Of a DNA stretch of 64,000 nucleotides, positions 1 through 10,363 are shown piece after piece; the stretch's first letter is position 1, and each line of letters begins with the position of its first letter. The position numbers and the translations under genes are program-made. Below the pieces are notes generated by a model. The model was given only the letters and a program-made list of their open reading frames with translations, was not told the origin of the DNA and did no database searches. Origin of the DNA: an uncultured Alistipes sp. (GTDB taxonomy: Bacteria > Bacteroidota > Bacteroidia > Bacteroidales > Rikenellaceae). Location of the stretch: the NCBI GenBank assembly GCA_910576555.1, contig CAJTIY010000005.1, positions 68,359-132,358 of the forward strand, written 5' to 3'.

Positions 1-519
1 GTCGGCGCCGCCGTCGATCAGCCCCCGGGCCTGCTCGGCGTAGGCGTCGGCCAGCTGGCGGAAGGTCACCTCGCGCGCCGCGGGGTCGTTCACGTCGGCC
101 GACATCGAGGCCGTGCGGTTGGTCGGGCCCATCGAACCGGCCACGAAGCGGGGTTTGCGGGGGTTGCGCCGCGTGAAGGCGTCGGCCGCGCGGCGCGCCA
201 CTTCGGCCGCGGCGCGCGCTATTTCGTAGGCATGGCCCTCCAGTCCGTAGTCGGCCAGCGACACGGCGTTGGCGTTGAACGAGTCGGTCGTCACGATGTC
301 GGCCCCCGCGAGCAGGTATTTTTCGTGGATCTCGCCCACGACGTCGGGACGCGTCAGGGCGAGCAGGTCGTTGCACCCCTTGAGCTGCGTCGGCCACGCC
401 GCGAACCGCTCGCCGCGGTAGTCCTCCTCGCCGAGGCCGTAGCGCTGGATCATCGTTCCGAGGCCGCCGTCGAGCAGCAGGATGCGCTCCGCGAGTGCTT
501 CATGGAGTCGGTTTTCCAT
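1..519 (-). CDS. metH: Cobalamin-dependent methionine synthase, N-terminal homocysteine S-methyltransferase domain (runs off the window start)
   Basis: Manual translation from ATG at 519: [29 protein letters not shown]...[14 protein letters not shown]...[14 protein letters not shown]...[16 protein letters not shown], typical MetH N-terminus; missing from the ORF track because it is truncated. Confidence 0.92.
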   Translation of the reverse strand, partial: MENRLHEALAERILLLDGGLGTMIQRYGLGEEDYRGERFAAWPTQLKGCNDLLALTRPDVVGEIHEKYLLAGADIVTTDSFNANAVSLADYGLEGHAYEIARAAAEVARRAADAFTRRNPRKPRFVAGSMGPTNRTASMSADVNDPAAREVTFRQLADAYAEQARGLIDGGAD

Positions 520-522
520 CGG

Positions 523-1326
523 TTATTTCTTTTCTATTGCGATTTCGAAGAGCTTCGGCCAGTTCTTGCCCGTCACGAAGATGCGCTTCGCCGCCGGGTC
601 GTAGGCGATACCGTTCAGCACGTCGGTCGTGGCCGTCACGTCGTCGACGGGCAGCAGCCCCGTGAGGTCGACGATCCCCTCGACGACGCCCGTCGCGGGG
701 TCGATGACGACGATGGCGTCGGTCGTGTAGACGTTGGCCCAGATCTTCCCGTCGATCCACTCCAGTTCGTTGAGGAACTCCACCGGGCGCCCCTCGCAGG
801 TCACCGTCACGCTGCCCTTGCGGCGGAACGTCGCGGGGTCGAGGATCCGGATCGTCGCCGAGCCGTCGCTCATGTAGAGCGACGCGCCGTCGGTCGTGAG
901 GCCCCAGCCCTCGCCCGGATAGGCGAAGTCGCGGAGCTTGCGGCCCGTCGCGGCGTCGTAGACGTGCGCCGTGTTGGACTGCCACGTCAGCTGGTAGATC
1001 TTGCCGTCGAGCAGGGCGATCCCTTCGCCGAATTCGCGCTCGGGGAGCGCGGCCACCGTTTCGGTGCCGCCCGTGGCGAGGTCGATGCGCTGGAGCACCG
1101 ATTCGCCGTGCTGGCCCGTGCCCTCCCACAGCACGCCGTCGGCCCAGAGGAGCCCCTGCGTGTAGCTGCTACGCAGGTGGGGGTAGACGTTGCGCACGGT
1201 GTAGGTGTATTCGGCGGGCGCCGCGGGCGGGCGGGTCTCGCCTGCGGGCTGTTCGCGGCGTGCGGCACCGGCGCCGCAGGCGGTCGCCAGCAGCATCGCG
1301 AGGCAGAGGATCGGGATGGTTTTCAT
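523..1326 (-). CDS. Glutaminyl-peptide cyclotransferase (beta-propeller, plant/bacterial type), lipoprotein
   Basis: Motifs YTQGL, EGTGQHGES, FGEGI, GEGWGLT, LNELEWIDGKIWANV, VLNGIAYD; lipobox LATAC after MKTIP start at 1326. Confidence 0.9.
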   Translation of the reverse strand: MKTIPILCLAMLLATACGAGAARREQPAGETRPPAAPAEYTYTVRNVYPHLRSSYTQGLLWADGVLWEGTGQHGESVLQRIDLATGGTETVAALPEREFGEGIALLDGKIYQLTWQSNTAHVYDAATGRKLRDFAYPGEGWGLTTDGASLYMSDGSATIRILDPATFRRKGSVTVTCEGRPVEFLNELEWIDGKIWANVYTTDAIVVIDPATGVVEGIVDLTGLLPVDDVTATTDVLNGIAYDPAAKRIFVTGKNWPKLFEIAIEKK

Positions 1327-1349
1327 GTGTCGGAATCGGATATATCCCA

Positions 1350-1357
1350 CAAAAGTA
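1350..1357 (-). promoter_or_regulatory. Bacteroidota -7 promoter box (TACTTTTG) for the glutaminyl cyclase-metH unit
   Basis: Matches TAnnTTTG on the minus strand about 25 nt upstream of the start codon. Confidence 0.55.
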
Positions 1358-1463
1358 CGAAAAAGGATTCATATTATTATGATTCGCGGCCGGATACTTC
1401 TCCTCCGAGGCCTCGCGGGCGCCGCGACGGGCGAAGGAAATTTACCGTATTATAGGGAATTGT

Positions 1464-1495
1464 CTTGCGCCGGACGGAATATTTTCGTATCTTTG
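1464..1495 (+). promoter_or_regulatory. Bacteroidota primary-sigma promoter for tig
   Basis: CTTG (1464) N20 TATCTTTG (1488-1495). Confidence 0.6.
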
Positions 1496-1548
1496 TCGAC
1501 CGATTCCCGAACGGAAAGTGAAGAAGAACAAACAATAAAGCATTCGTT

Positions 1549-2874
1549 ATGAATATCGTAAGAGAGCAACGCGGCGAGAACAATTCGCTGTTGAAGATCA
1601 CGGTGACGCCCGAGGACTACGCACAGGAGGTCGACAAGGCGCTGCGCGAATACCGCCGCAAGGCCAATATCCCGGGATTCCGCCCGGGCATGGTGCCGAT
1701 GGGCATCGTGAAGAAGATGTACGGCAAGGGCGTGCTGGCCGAGCAGTCCTACCGCAAGGCTTCGAACGCGGCGTTCGAGTACCTCCAGAAAGAGAACATC
1801 GACTATCTGGGCGACGTCATCCCCTCGGAGGAGCAGGGCGACTTCGACTTCGAGAACGGCACCGACTTCGAGTTCGTCTTCGAGATCGGCGAGGCTCCGA
1901 AGGTCGAGCTCGCGCTCTCGGAGAAGGACAAGCTGACCTACCATGCGATCGCCGTCGACAAGAAGATGCACGACGATTACCGCTCCAACTACCTGCGCCG
2001 CTTCGGCCGTCTGGTCGACGCCGAGGAGGTGACTGCGGACGAGGCGCTGTCGGTGACGCTCGACAACGGCGAGATGAACGTCTCGGATGCCTATGTGGGG
2101 CTGATCTCGATGTCGGAGGAGGAGCGTGCGCCCTTCATCGGCAAGAAGGTGGGTTACAAGACCACGGTCAATGTCAACGAACTCTATAAGAACCCGTCGC
2201 AGCGCGCCGCCGTGCTGCAGGTCAAGGAGCACGAGCTGGAGGGCATCAACCCCGAATTCTCGCTCGAGATCACCAAGATCCGCAAGTTCGCCGAACCGGA
2301 GCTCAACGAGGAGTTCTTCAAGATGGCCTTCCCTTCGGGCGACGTGAAGAGCGCCGAAGAGTTCGAGGCCTACATCGACGCGCAGATCTCCTCGGAGCTG
2401 CGTCGCGAGAGCGACTACCTCTTCACGCTGCAGCTACGCGACTATCTTGTGAAGAAGGCCGGGCTGAAGATGCCCGAGGAGTTCCTCAAGCGCTGGCTCT
2501 ACACGATCAACGAGGGCAAGTTCTCGATGGAGGAGATCGGCAAGGACTTCGACCAGTTCCTCAAGATGTTCACGTGGAACTACCTCCAGAAGCACTTCAT
2601 CAAGGAGGAGAACATCTCCGTGGAGAAGGAGGAGGCCGAGCGCGAGGCGAAGGCGCTGGCTGCCGCCCAGTTCGCGCAGTACGGCATGCCGTCGGCCCCC
2701 GACGAGATGCTCGGCGGCTATGCCGAGCGGATTCTCGCCGACAAGGAGCAGGCGCAGAAGATCTACGAGAAGCTCTACGAAGTGAAGGTCGTCGAGGCCG
2801 TGAAGGCGAAGATCGGGGTGACGGAAAAAGCCGTATCCGCCGACGAATTCGCCAAGCTGGCCAAAGAACTTTAG
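1549..2874 (+). CDS. tig: Trigger factor
   Basis: Ribosome-binding signature IPGFRPGMVP; 441 aa; canonical tig-clpP-clpX order. Confidence 0.95.
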   Translation: MNIVREQRGENNSLLKITVTPEDYAQEVDKALREYRRKANIPGFRPGMVPMGIVKKMYGKGVLAEQSYRKASNAAFEYLQKENIDYLGDVIPSEEQGDFDFENGTDFEFVFEIGEAPKVELALSEKDKLTYHAIAVDKKMHDDYRSNYLRRFGRLVDAEEVTADEALSVTLDNGEMNVSDAYVGLISMSEEERAPFIGKKVGYKTTVNVNELYKNPSQRAAVLQVKEHELEGINPEFSLEITKIRKFAEPELNEEFFKMAFPSGDVKSAEEFEAYIDAQISSELRRESDYLFTLQLRDYLVKKAGLKMPEEFLKRWLYTINEGKFSMEEIGKDFDQFLKMFTWNYLQKHFIKEENISVEKEEAEREAKALAAAQFAQYGMPSAPDEMLGGYAERILADKEQAQKIYEKLYEVKVVEAVKAKIGVTEKAVSADEFAKLAKEL

Positions 2875-2899
2875 CGTTCGCTGAAAAATACTCGAGCGG

Positions 2900-2933
2900 G
2901 GACTTTGCAGGCGTGATGTTTGCAAAGTCCTTT
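2900..2933 (+). terminator. Hairpin between tig and clpP (weak terminator or operator)
   Basis: GGACTTTGCA N11 TGCAAAGTCC followed by TTT. Confidence 0.4.
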
Positions 2934-2958
2934 CCGTTGAACGGTTAAAACGCCAAAC

Positions 2959-3626
2959 ATGTCCGAATTCGAAAAATACGCACGCGGCCGCTGCGGCATC
3001 AGTTCGCTGAAGCTGCACGATTTCCGGTCGGTCTGCGACTCCTACGTCTCGCCGACGATCATCGAGGAGCGGCAGCTCAACGTCGCCACGATGGATGTCT
3101 TCTCGCGGCTGATGATGGACCGCATCATCTTCCTCGGTGCCCCGATCTACGACGATGCGGCCAACATCATTCAGGCGCAGCTGCTCTTTCTGGAGTCGAC
3201 CGATCCCGAGAAAGACATCCAGATCTACATCAACTCGCCCGGCGGTTCGGTGACGGCCGGACTGGGCATCTACGACACGATGCAGCTCGTGGGCTGTGAC
3301 GTGGCGACCATCTGCACGGGCCTCGCCGCCTCGATGGGCGCCGTGTTGCTCACGGCGGGCGCCGCGGGCAAACGCTCGGCGCTGCCCCATTCGCGGGTGA
3401 TGATCCACCAGCCGCTGGGCGGTGCGCAGGGACAGGCGTCCGATATCGAGATCACGGCGCGCGAGATTCTCAAGACCAAACGCGAGCTCTACACGATCCT
3501 CTCGGAGCACTCGGGGGTCCCGGTGCGCAAGATCGAGCGGGATGCCGACCGCGACTACTGGCTCACGGCCCGCGAGGCCGCCGACTACGGTCTGATCGAC
3601 GAAGTGCTGACCAAAAGGGAGAAACG

Positions 3627-3630
<4 letters not shown>
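2959..3630 (+). CDS. clpP: ATP-dependent Clp protease proteolytic subunit
   Basis: [17 protein letters not shown] (catalytic Ser), RVMIHQP (catalytic His). Confidence 0.97.
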
Positions 3631-4925
<1,295 letters not shown>

Positions 4926-4934
4926 CCACCTTTT

Positions 4935-5171
4935 TTCGTATATCCGGCTTGCACCTTATATACTCCGCCTCGGCAAAATTGCAAATAAATTTGCTTTTGC
5001 GCTCGGCTTATTCGTATAATTGGCTTGCGCCTTATATACTCCGCCTCGGCAAAATTGCAAATAAATTTGCTTTTGCGCTCGGCTTATTCGTATAATTGGC
5101 TTGCGCCTTATATACTCCGCCTCGGCAAAATTGCAAATAAATTTGCTTTTGCGCTCGGCTTATTCGTATAT
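4935..5171. repeat. Tandem repeat, 3 x 76 bp, AT-rich and palindromic; the last unit forms the tkt promoter
   Basis: GGCTTGC(A/G)CCTTATATACTCC... starts at 4946, 5022 and 5098; near-identical units; internal inverted repeat GCAAAATTGCAAATAAATTTGCTTTTGC. Confidence 0.95.
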
Positions 5172-5174
5172 TTG
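5142..5174 (+). promoter_or_regulatory. Bacteroidota promoter for tkt
   Basis: TTTG (5142-5145) N21 TATATTTG (5167-5174), about 30 nt before the tkt ATG. Confidence 0.7.
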
Positions 5175-5203
5175 TATAAAGAACGAAATTTATCCCAATA
5201 CCT

Positions 5204-7234
5204 ATGTCTACGAACTCCCAAATTACGCGTGTCGCCGACAACATCCGTATTCTGTCGGCCGCGATGGTCGAAAAGGCGAAATCGGGGCACCCCGGCGGCG
5301 CTATGGGCGGCGCCGATTTCATCACGGTACTCTACGCCGAATTCCTGCGCTACGATCCCGCACGCATGGACTACCCCCACCGCGATCGGTTCTTCCTCGA
5401 TCCGGGCCACATGTCGCCCATGCTTTACGCTACGCTGTCGCTTGCCGGCAACTACTCCGTCGAGGAGCTGCAGGCGCTGCGCCAGTGGGGCAGTCCGACG
5501 CCGGGCCATCCCGAGGTCGACGTGCTGCGCGGTGTGGAGAACACCTCGGGACCGCTCGGACAGGGCCACGCGATGGCGCTGGGCGCTGCGATCGCCGAGC
5601 GTTTCATGGTCGCACGCTTCGGCGAGTGGATGGCGCACAAGACCTACGCCTACATCTCGGACGGTTCGGTCGAGGAGGAGATTTCGCAGGGAGTGGGCCG
5701 CATTGCGGGACATCTGGGGCTCGCGAACTTCATCATGTATTACGATGCGAACAACGTCCAGCTCTCGACGAAGGTCGACGAGGTGGACACCGAGAACATC
5801 GCGATGAAATACGAGGCATGGGGTTGGAACGTCCTCTCGATCGACGGCCACGACATCGACGCCATCCGCGGGGCGCTCACGGCGGCGAATGCCGAGACGG
5901 AGCGGCCGACGCTCATCATCGGTCGCACGACGATGGGCAAGGGTGCGCTGGCCGCCGACGGTTCGAGTTTCGAGGACAAGGTTTCGACGCACGGACAGCC
6001 GCTGACGGCTGCCGGCGCTGATTTCGCCGCTACGGTGCGGAATCTGGGGGGCGACGCCGAGCAGCCCTTCGCCGTGTTCGAGGAGAGCCGTGCGCTCTTC
6101 GCAGCGCGTCGCGAGCAGCTCGCCGCATGGGCTGCGGAGCGTGCCGAGACGGAGAAGACGTGGCGCCGCGGGCATAAGGATCTGGCCATGAAGCTCGATC
6201 GCTTCCTCTCGGGCACGCTGCCCGAGATCGATTACAAGTCGATCGCGGTGAAGAACGACGTCGCCACGCGCGCCGCTTCGGCCGACGTGCTCGGGGTCTT
6301 CGCCGAGAAGATCGACAACATGATCGTCGCTTCGGCCGACCTCTCCAATTCGGACAAGACCGACGGCTTCCTCAAGAAGACCAAAGCCTTCGAGCGGGGC
6401 GACTTCTCCGGCCGATTCTTCCAAGCCGGCGTCTCGGAGCTGACGATGGCCTGCGTGATGAACGGCATGGCGCTGCACGGAGGCGTGATTCCGGCCTGCG
6501 GCACCTTCTTCGTCTTCTCCGACTACATGAAGCCCGCCGTGCGCCTCTCGGCGCTGATGCGCCTGCATGTGATCTACGTCTGGTCGCACGATTCGTTCCG
6601 CGTGGGCGAGGACGGCCCGACGCACCAGCCCGTGGAGCACGAGGCGCAGATCCGCCTGATGGAGCATCTGCGCAACCACAGCGGCGAGCGTTCGATGCTG
6701 GTGCTGCGTCCGGCCGACGGCGATGAGACCGTCGCGGCGTGGAAGCTGGCCGTCGAGGAGCACCGTCCCGTGGCGCTGGTGCTTTCGCGTCAGAACATCA
6801 AGACGCTGCCGACGCTGGGGCGGAGCCGTCGCGAGGAGGCCGAGCAGGTGGCCAAGGGCGGTTACGTGGTGAAGGACGCCGCGAAGCCCGCCGCCGTGCT
6901 GGTCGCTTCGGGTTCGGAGGTCGCGACCCTCGTCGAAGGCGCCGAGCTGCTGCAGGCCGAGGGCATCGCCGTGCGCGTGGTGAGCGTGCCGAGCGAGGGC
7001 CTCTTCCGCGATCAGCCCAAATCCTATCAGGAGGGTGTGCTGCCCGCCGGTATCGTCCGTTACGGCCTCACGTCGGGACTTCCCGTCAACCTGCAGGGGC
7101 TCGTCGGCGAGCGGGGCATGATCCACGGCCTCGATCACTTCGGCTATTCGGCGCCGTTCAAGGTGCTCGACGAGCGCTTCGGTTACAACGGTAAGACCGT
7201 CGCCGCCGAGGTGAAGCAGTTGCTGGGAAAATAG
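5204..7234 (+). CDS. tkt: Transketolase
   Basis: KSGHPGGAMG, TPGHPE, SGPLGQG, ThDP-binding SDGSVEEEIS...N, GEDGPTHQPVEH. Confidence 0.97.
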   Translation: MSTNSQITRVADNIRILSAAMVEKAKSGHPGGAMGGADFITVLYAEFLRYDPARMDYPHRDRFFLDPGHMSPMLYATLSLAGNYSVEELQALRQWGSPTPGHPEVDVLRGVENTSGPLGQGHAMALGAAIAERFMVARFGEWMAHKTYAYISDGSVEEEISQGVGRIAGHLGLANFIMYYDANNVQLSTKVDEVDTENIAMKYEAWGWNVLSIDGHDIDAIRGALTAANAETERPTLIIGRTTMGKGALAADGSSFEDKVSTHGQPLTAAGADFAATVRNLGGDAEQPFAVFEESRALFAARREQLAAWAAERAETEKTWRRGHKDLAMKLDRFLSGTLPEIDYKSIAVKNDVATRAASADVLGVFAEKIDNMIVASADLSNSDKTDGFLKKTKAFERGDFSGRFFQAGVSELTMACVMNGMALHGGVIPACGTFFVFSDYMKPAVRLSALMRLHVIYVWSHDSFRVGEDGPTHQPVEHEAQIRLMEHLRNHSGERSMLVLRPADGDETVAAWKLAVEEHRPVALVLSRQNIKTLPTLGRSRREEAEQVAKGGYVVKDAAKPAAVLVASGSEVATLVEGAELLQAEGIAVRVVSVPSEGLFRDQPKSYQEGVLPAGIVRYGLTSGLPVNLQGLVGERGMIHGLDHFGYSAPFKVLDERFGYNGKTVAAEVKQLLGK

Positions 7235-7368
7235 TTCCGAGGTTCGGATCTCGGCGGCAACGGGTTTTTCCCGGGTGCCGCCGAGGTGAAGCAGCTGCTG
7301 GGGAAATAGTTCCGAGGTTCGGATCTCGGCGGCAACGGGTTTTCCCGGGTGCCGCCGAGGTGAAGCAG
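7202..7368. repeat. Tandem duplication (74-75 bp period, about 2.2 copies) of the tkt 3' end plus downstream hairpin
   Basis: GCCGCCGAGGTGAAGCAG at 7202, 7277 and 7351; stop-codon context (G/A)AAATAG repeated. Confidence 0.9.
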
Positions 7369-7447
7369 AATATCGCCCGCAGGTTGCCGGAGCGAACCTC
7401 CGGTCGGAACGATGACGGCTGCGCGGCCGTCGCCGCAGCGACGCATG

Positions 7448-7489
7448 AAAAAACCGGACTGTCTGACACTCATCGGACGGTCCGGTTTT
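7448..7489. terminator. Bidirectional intrinsic terminator between tkt and the sulfatase
   Basis: AAAAAACCGGACTGTCTGA...TCGGACGGTCCGGTTTT between convergent genes. Confidence 0.8.
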
Positions 7490-7505
7490 CATGTTCCGCG
7501 ATCCG

Positions 7506-9173
7506 TTATCGCTCGTTGTAGACGGGCAGCGCCTCGTCGCCGTATCGGTTCATGAGCTGCGGCCACGGTTCGACCCCGTTGCGTTCGGCCCATTCGAAAT
7601 AGCGGCGTTGCATGCGGGCGACCCTGCGGGGATGCTCCGCAGCGCGGTCGTGCAGCTCGGCGCGGTCGCGCGAGATATCGTACAGCTCCCAACGTTGGCC
7701 GTCGTAGTAGCTGGCGACGAGTTTCCACTTCCCGATGCGGACCATGCGGTTGCCTTCGTGCTCGGCGAATATCGGGCGGCGCCGGGCGATGCTCCTCTTG
7801 TCGAGCAGCGGCAGCAGCGATATGCCTTCGGGGCGTACGAGCCGACGATCGGCATAATGTTCGGGAAACGGGCATCCGGCCGCGGCGAGACAGGTGGGGA
7901 GGATGTCGGTCAGGTGGCAGGGCGTATGATCGATGCGTCCGGGTCGTTCGACGCCGCGGCCGCGCCATACGATGCAGGGTGCCGAGATGCCTCCTTCGTG
8001 CGCGAAGTGTTTGTAGAGCCGGAAGGGGGTGCAGCTCACTCCGGCCCATCCGGTGCCGTAGTGGTGGTAGGTTCCGGCCTGTCCCATCTCGGCCAGCTCC
8101 TCCCCGGTGTGCACCCGGTAGGCGGCACCGCTGCGGCCGTCGAATCCGAATTCGTGCCATTCGGCGCACGCTCCGTTGTCCGAGAGGAAGATCACGAGCG
8201 AATGCTCCAGCTGTCCGTTCGCTTCGAGCGCCTCGAACAGGCGCCCGATCTGCTCGTCCATGATCTCCACCATCGCCGCATAGACGGCCATGCGGCGCGC
8301 GAGGTCGCGCTGCTGCTCCTCGGAGAGCGTATCCCATGCGGGTACGGCGTGCGTGCGGTCGCAGAAGGGACTCCGCACCACCTCGCCGCGCGGCGCCGCC
8401 TCTGCCGCCGGAGGTAGTATTCCCATCTTGCGCAGCCGTGCGATGCGCTCTTCGCGGATCGCATCCCATCCCCGCGCGTAGCGCTCGACGTATCGCTCGA
8501 CCCGCTCTTCGGGAGCCTGCAGCGGGAAATGGGGCGCATTGTAGGAGAGGAAGAGGAAAAGCGGCGCGTGCCGTTCGCGTGCCGCGCCGGCGAAGTCGAT
8601 GGCGTAGTCGGTGATGGCCTCCGTGGCGTAGAACGTCCCTTCGGCATAGCTCCGGGGCGTCGCCGTGGCCGGAAGGCGGCGGAACCTCTTCGGATCCCAG
8701 TAGTCCGAGGCTCCGGGGAAAAACCCGTAGAAATCCTCGAATCCCCGCTCCACGGGCGTAGGGCGCTCGCCCAGATGCCATTTGCCCGCCAGAGCCGTGT
8801 AGTAGCCCTCGTCGCGGAGCACCTCGGCGATGGTGAGGTTGTTGTCGCTGCGGAAGCCGCGATACCCCGCGGGCCATGCGTCGCGGCCGCTGCGGATCAT
8901 CTCGCCCACCCCCGTCCGGTGGGGGTAGAGGCCCGTGAGCAGCGCGGCTCGCGAGGGGCAGCTCCGCCCCGTGTTGTAGAGTTGCGTGAGCCGGATCCCC
9001 TTGGCCGCCATGCGGTCGAGAACCGGCGTGCGGATCTCGCCCCCGTAGCAGCCCGCGTCGGAAAAGCCGAGGTCGTCGGCCAGAATCACGATGATGTTGG
9101 GGCGCTCCTGTGCGGATGCGCCGCCGCCGGCGACGAGCGGTGCGAGCCCCATCAGTACTTTGCCGGCGTTCAT
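7506..9173 (-). CDS. Arylsulfatase (S1 formylglycine-dependent, Ser-type), secreted
   Basis: True start MNAGKV at 9173 (ATGA overlap with the sialidase); PNIIVILADDLGFSD, signature S-C-P-S-R-AALLTG, GKWHLG, NAPHFPLQ, SDNG. Confidence 0.92.
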   Translation of the reverse strand: MNAGKVLMGLAPLVAGGGASAQERPNIIVILADDLGFSDAGCYGGEIRTPVLDRMAAKGIRLTQLYNTGRSCPSRAALLTGLYPHRTGVGEMIRSGRDAWPAGYRGFRSDNNLTIAEVLRDEGYYTALAGKWHLGERPTPVERGFEDFYGFFPGASDYWDPKRFRRLPATATPRSYAEGTFYATEAITDYAIDFAGAARERHAPLFLFLSYNAPHFPLQAPEERVERYVERYARGWDAIREERIARLRKMGILPPAAEAAPRGEVVRSPFCDRTHAVPAWDTLSEEQQRDLARRMAVYAAMVEIMDEQIGRLFEALEANGQLEHSLVIFLSDNGACAEWHEFGFDGRSGAAYRVHTGEELAEMGQAGTYHHYGTGWAGVSCTPFRLYKHFAHEGGISAPCIVWRGRGVERPGRIDHTPCHLTDILPTCLAAAGCPFPEHYADRRLVRPEGISLLPLLDKRSIARRRPIFAEHEGNRMVRIGKWKLVASYYDGQRWELYDISRDRAELHDRAAEHPRRVARMQRRYFEWAERNGVEPWPQLMNRYGDEALPVYNER

Positions 9174-10336
9174 CGGCGGTGGCGTTTCAGGGTTACGGGC
9201 ACGAACGAGATGCGGCGGTAGAGCTCCTCCGCATCGCCGTTTTCGTAGAGCACCCCTACGCGGTCGCGGTCGATGCGCACGAGGTCGGAGTAGGCCGCAG
9301 GACCTGCGCAGAGGGTCAGCAGGTGGTACCATGTCCGCCCGTCGTCGTGGCTCGCGCAGAGCGAGAGGTTGTGCCGCTGGTGCGGATCGTGCGGGTTGGA
9401 GAAGAGCAGCGTGCGCGTGGGACGGCCTCTGCGTTCGAGGTTCAGCAGGCTGCCCTGACAGCGGGGTTCGATGAGTTCCGGATGGGCGCCCCGGCCGCAC
9501 CATGCGGTGCCGCCGTCGGCGCTCCGTGCCCAGAGCCGGAGGCTGTCCACGCGGTCGGTGTGGCGCATGTTGAGCAGCAGTGAGCCGTCGGAGAGTTCGG
9601 CTACGGAGCTTTCGTTGCCGCCGACCTGCGAGACGGCGCCCTGCCTCCACGTGCGCCCTCGGTCGTCGGACCAGAGCAGCTGCGAGCGGCAGACGACGCC
9701 TCCCTCGGCGTCGAGCAGCTTGTGATTGGCCGGAACGACGAGCCGCCCCGCAAAGGGGCGCCGCCGCTTGACGATGGCGTGGCACGGTCCCGTGGCATAC
9801 CATGTCCAGCCGGGCTCCTTGACCGCCGCGGTGATCTCCTCGGCCGGGCTCCATGTGCGGCCGTGGTCGGCGGAGCGGAGCACGTAGACGCGGCGGGTCT
9901 CCTCGCTCGCGCCGCGTTCGATCGCCCGTTCGCGATCGCCGCCGCGGTTCCATGTGGCGAGCAGAACCACCTCGCCCTCGTCGCCGACGACGACCGGGGC
10001 GGGATTGCCGCAGGTGTTCGCGGCGTCGTCCCAGACGATGGCGATCGGCCCCCATGTGCGGCCGTCGTCTTCCGAACGGCGCATGACCAGATCGATGTCG
10101 CCGCTGTCGCGCTTGTCGTTGCGGCGCGCCTCGGCGAAGGCGATGAGCGCACCGTCGGCCGTGCGGACGATGGCCGGGATGCGGAATCCCGCGTAGCCCG
10201 CTTCGCCTTCGGCGAATACGGTGACGGGTGCGGCTGCTGGCCGGGCCGTGAGCCGTTGTGCGTGTGCGGCGGTGCATACCGCCGTCCCGCAGAGGGCGAG
10301 GAGCCCTCCGACGAGACTGTGCAGCGTATGTTTCAT
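9170..10336 (-). CDS. Exo-alpha-sialidase (GH33), secreted/periplasmic
   Basis: FRIP motif; five Asp boxes SEDDGRTW, SADHGRTW, SDDRGRTW, SADGGTAW, SHDDGRTW; AYSD; signal peptide AHA|Q. Confidence 0.9.
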   Translation of the reverse strand: MKHTLHSLVGGLLALCGTAVCTAAHAQRLTARPAAAPVTVFAEGEAGYAGFRIPAIVRTADGALIAFAEARRNDKRDSGDIDLVMRRSEDDGRTWGPIAIVWDDAANTCGNPAPVVVGDEGEVVLLATWNRGGDRERAIERGASEETRRVYVLRSADHGRTWSPAEEITAAVKEPGWTWYATGPCHAIVKRRRPFAGRLVVPANHKLLDAEGGVVCRSQLLWSDDRGRTWRQGAVSQVGGNESSVAELSDGSLLLNMRHTDRVDSLRLWARSADGGTAWCGRGAHPELIEPRCQGSLLNLERRGRPTRTLLFSNPHDPHQRHNLSLCASHDDGRTWYHLLTLCAGPAAYSDLVRIDRDRVGVLYENGDAEELYRRISFVPVTLKRHRR

Positions 10337-10363
10337 GACGGATGTGCGTTGTGGGAAAAAACG

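Noticed and set aside
4935..5171. CRISPR array
   Set aside because: Units are identical end to end with no unique spacers, and there are no cas genes in the window
5025..6021. ORFs starting inside the 76-bp repeat
   Set aside because: TTG-start translations of the repeat that run off-frame over tkt
7506..10277. 923-aa sialidase-sulfatase fusion
   Set aside because: The upstream part is out of frame with the sialidase; the sulfatase has its own ATG and signal peptide at 9173 (ATGA overlap)
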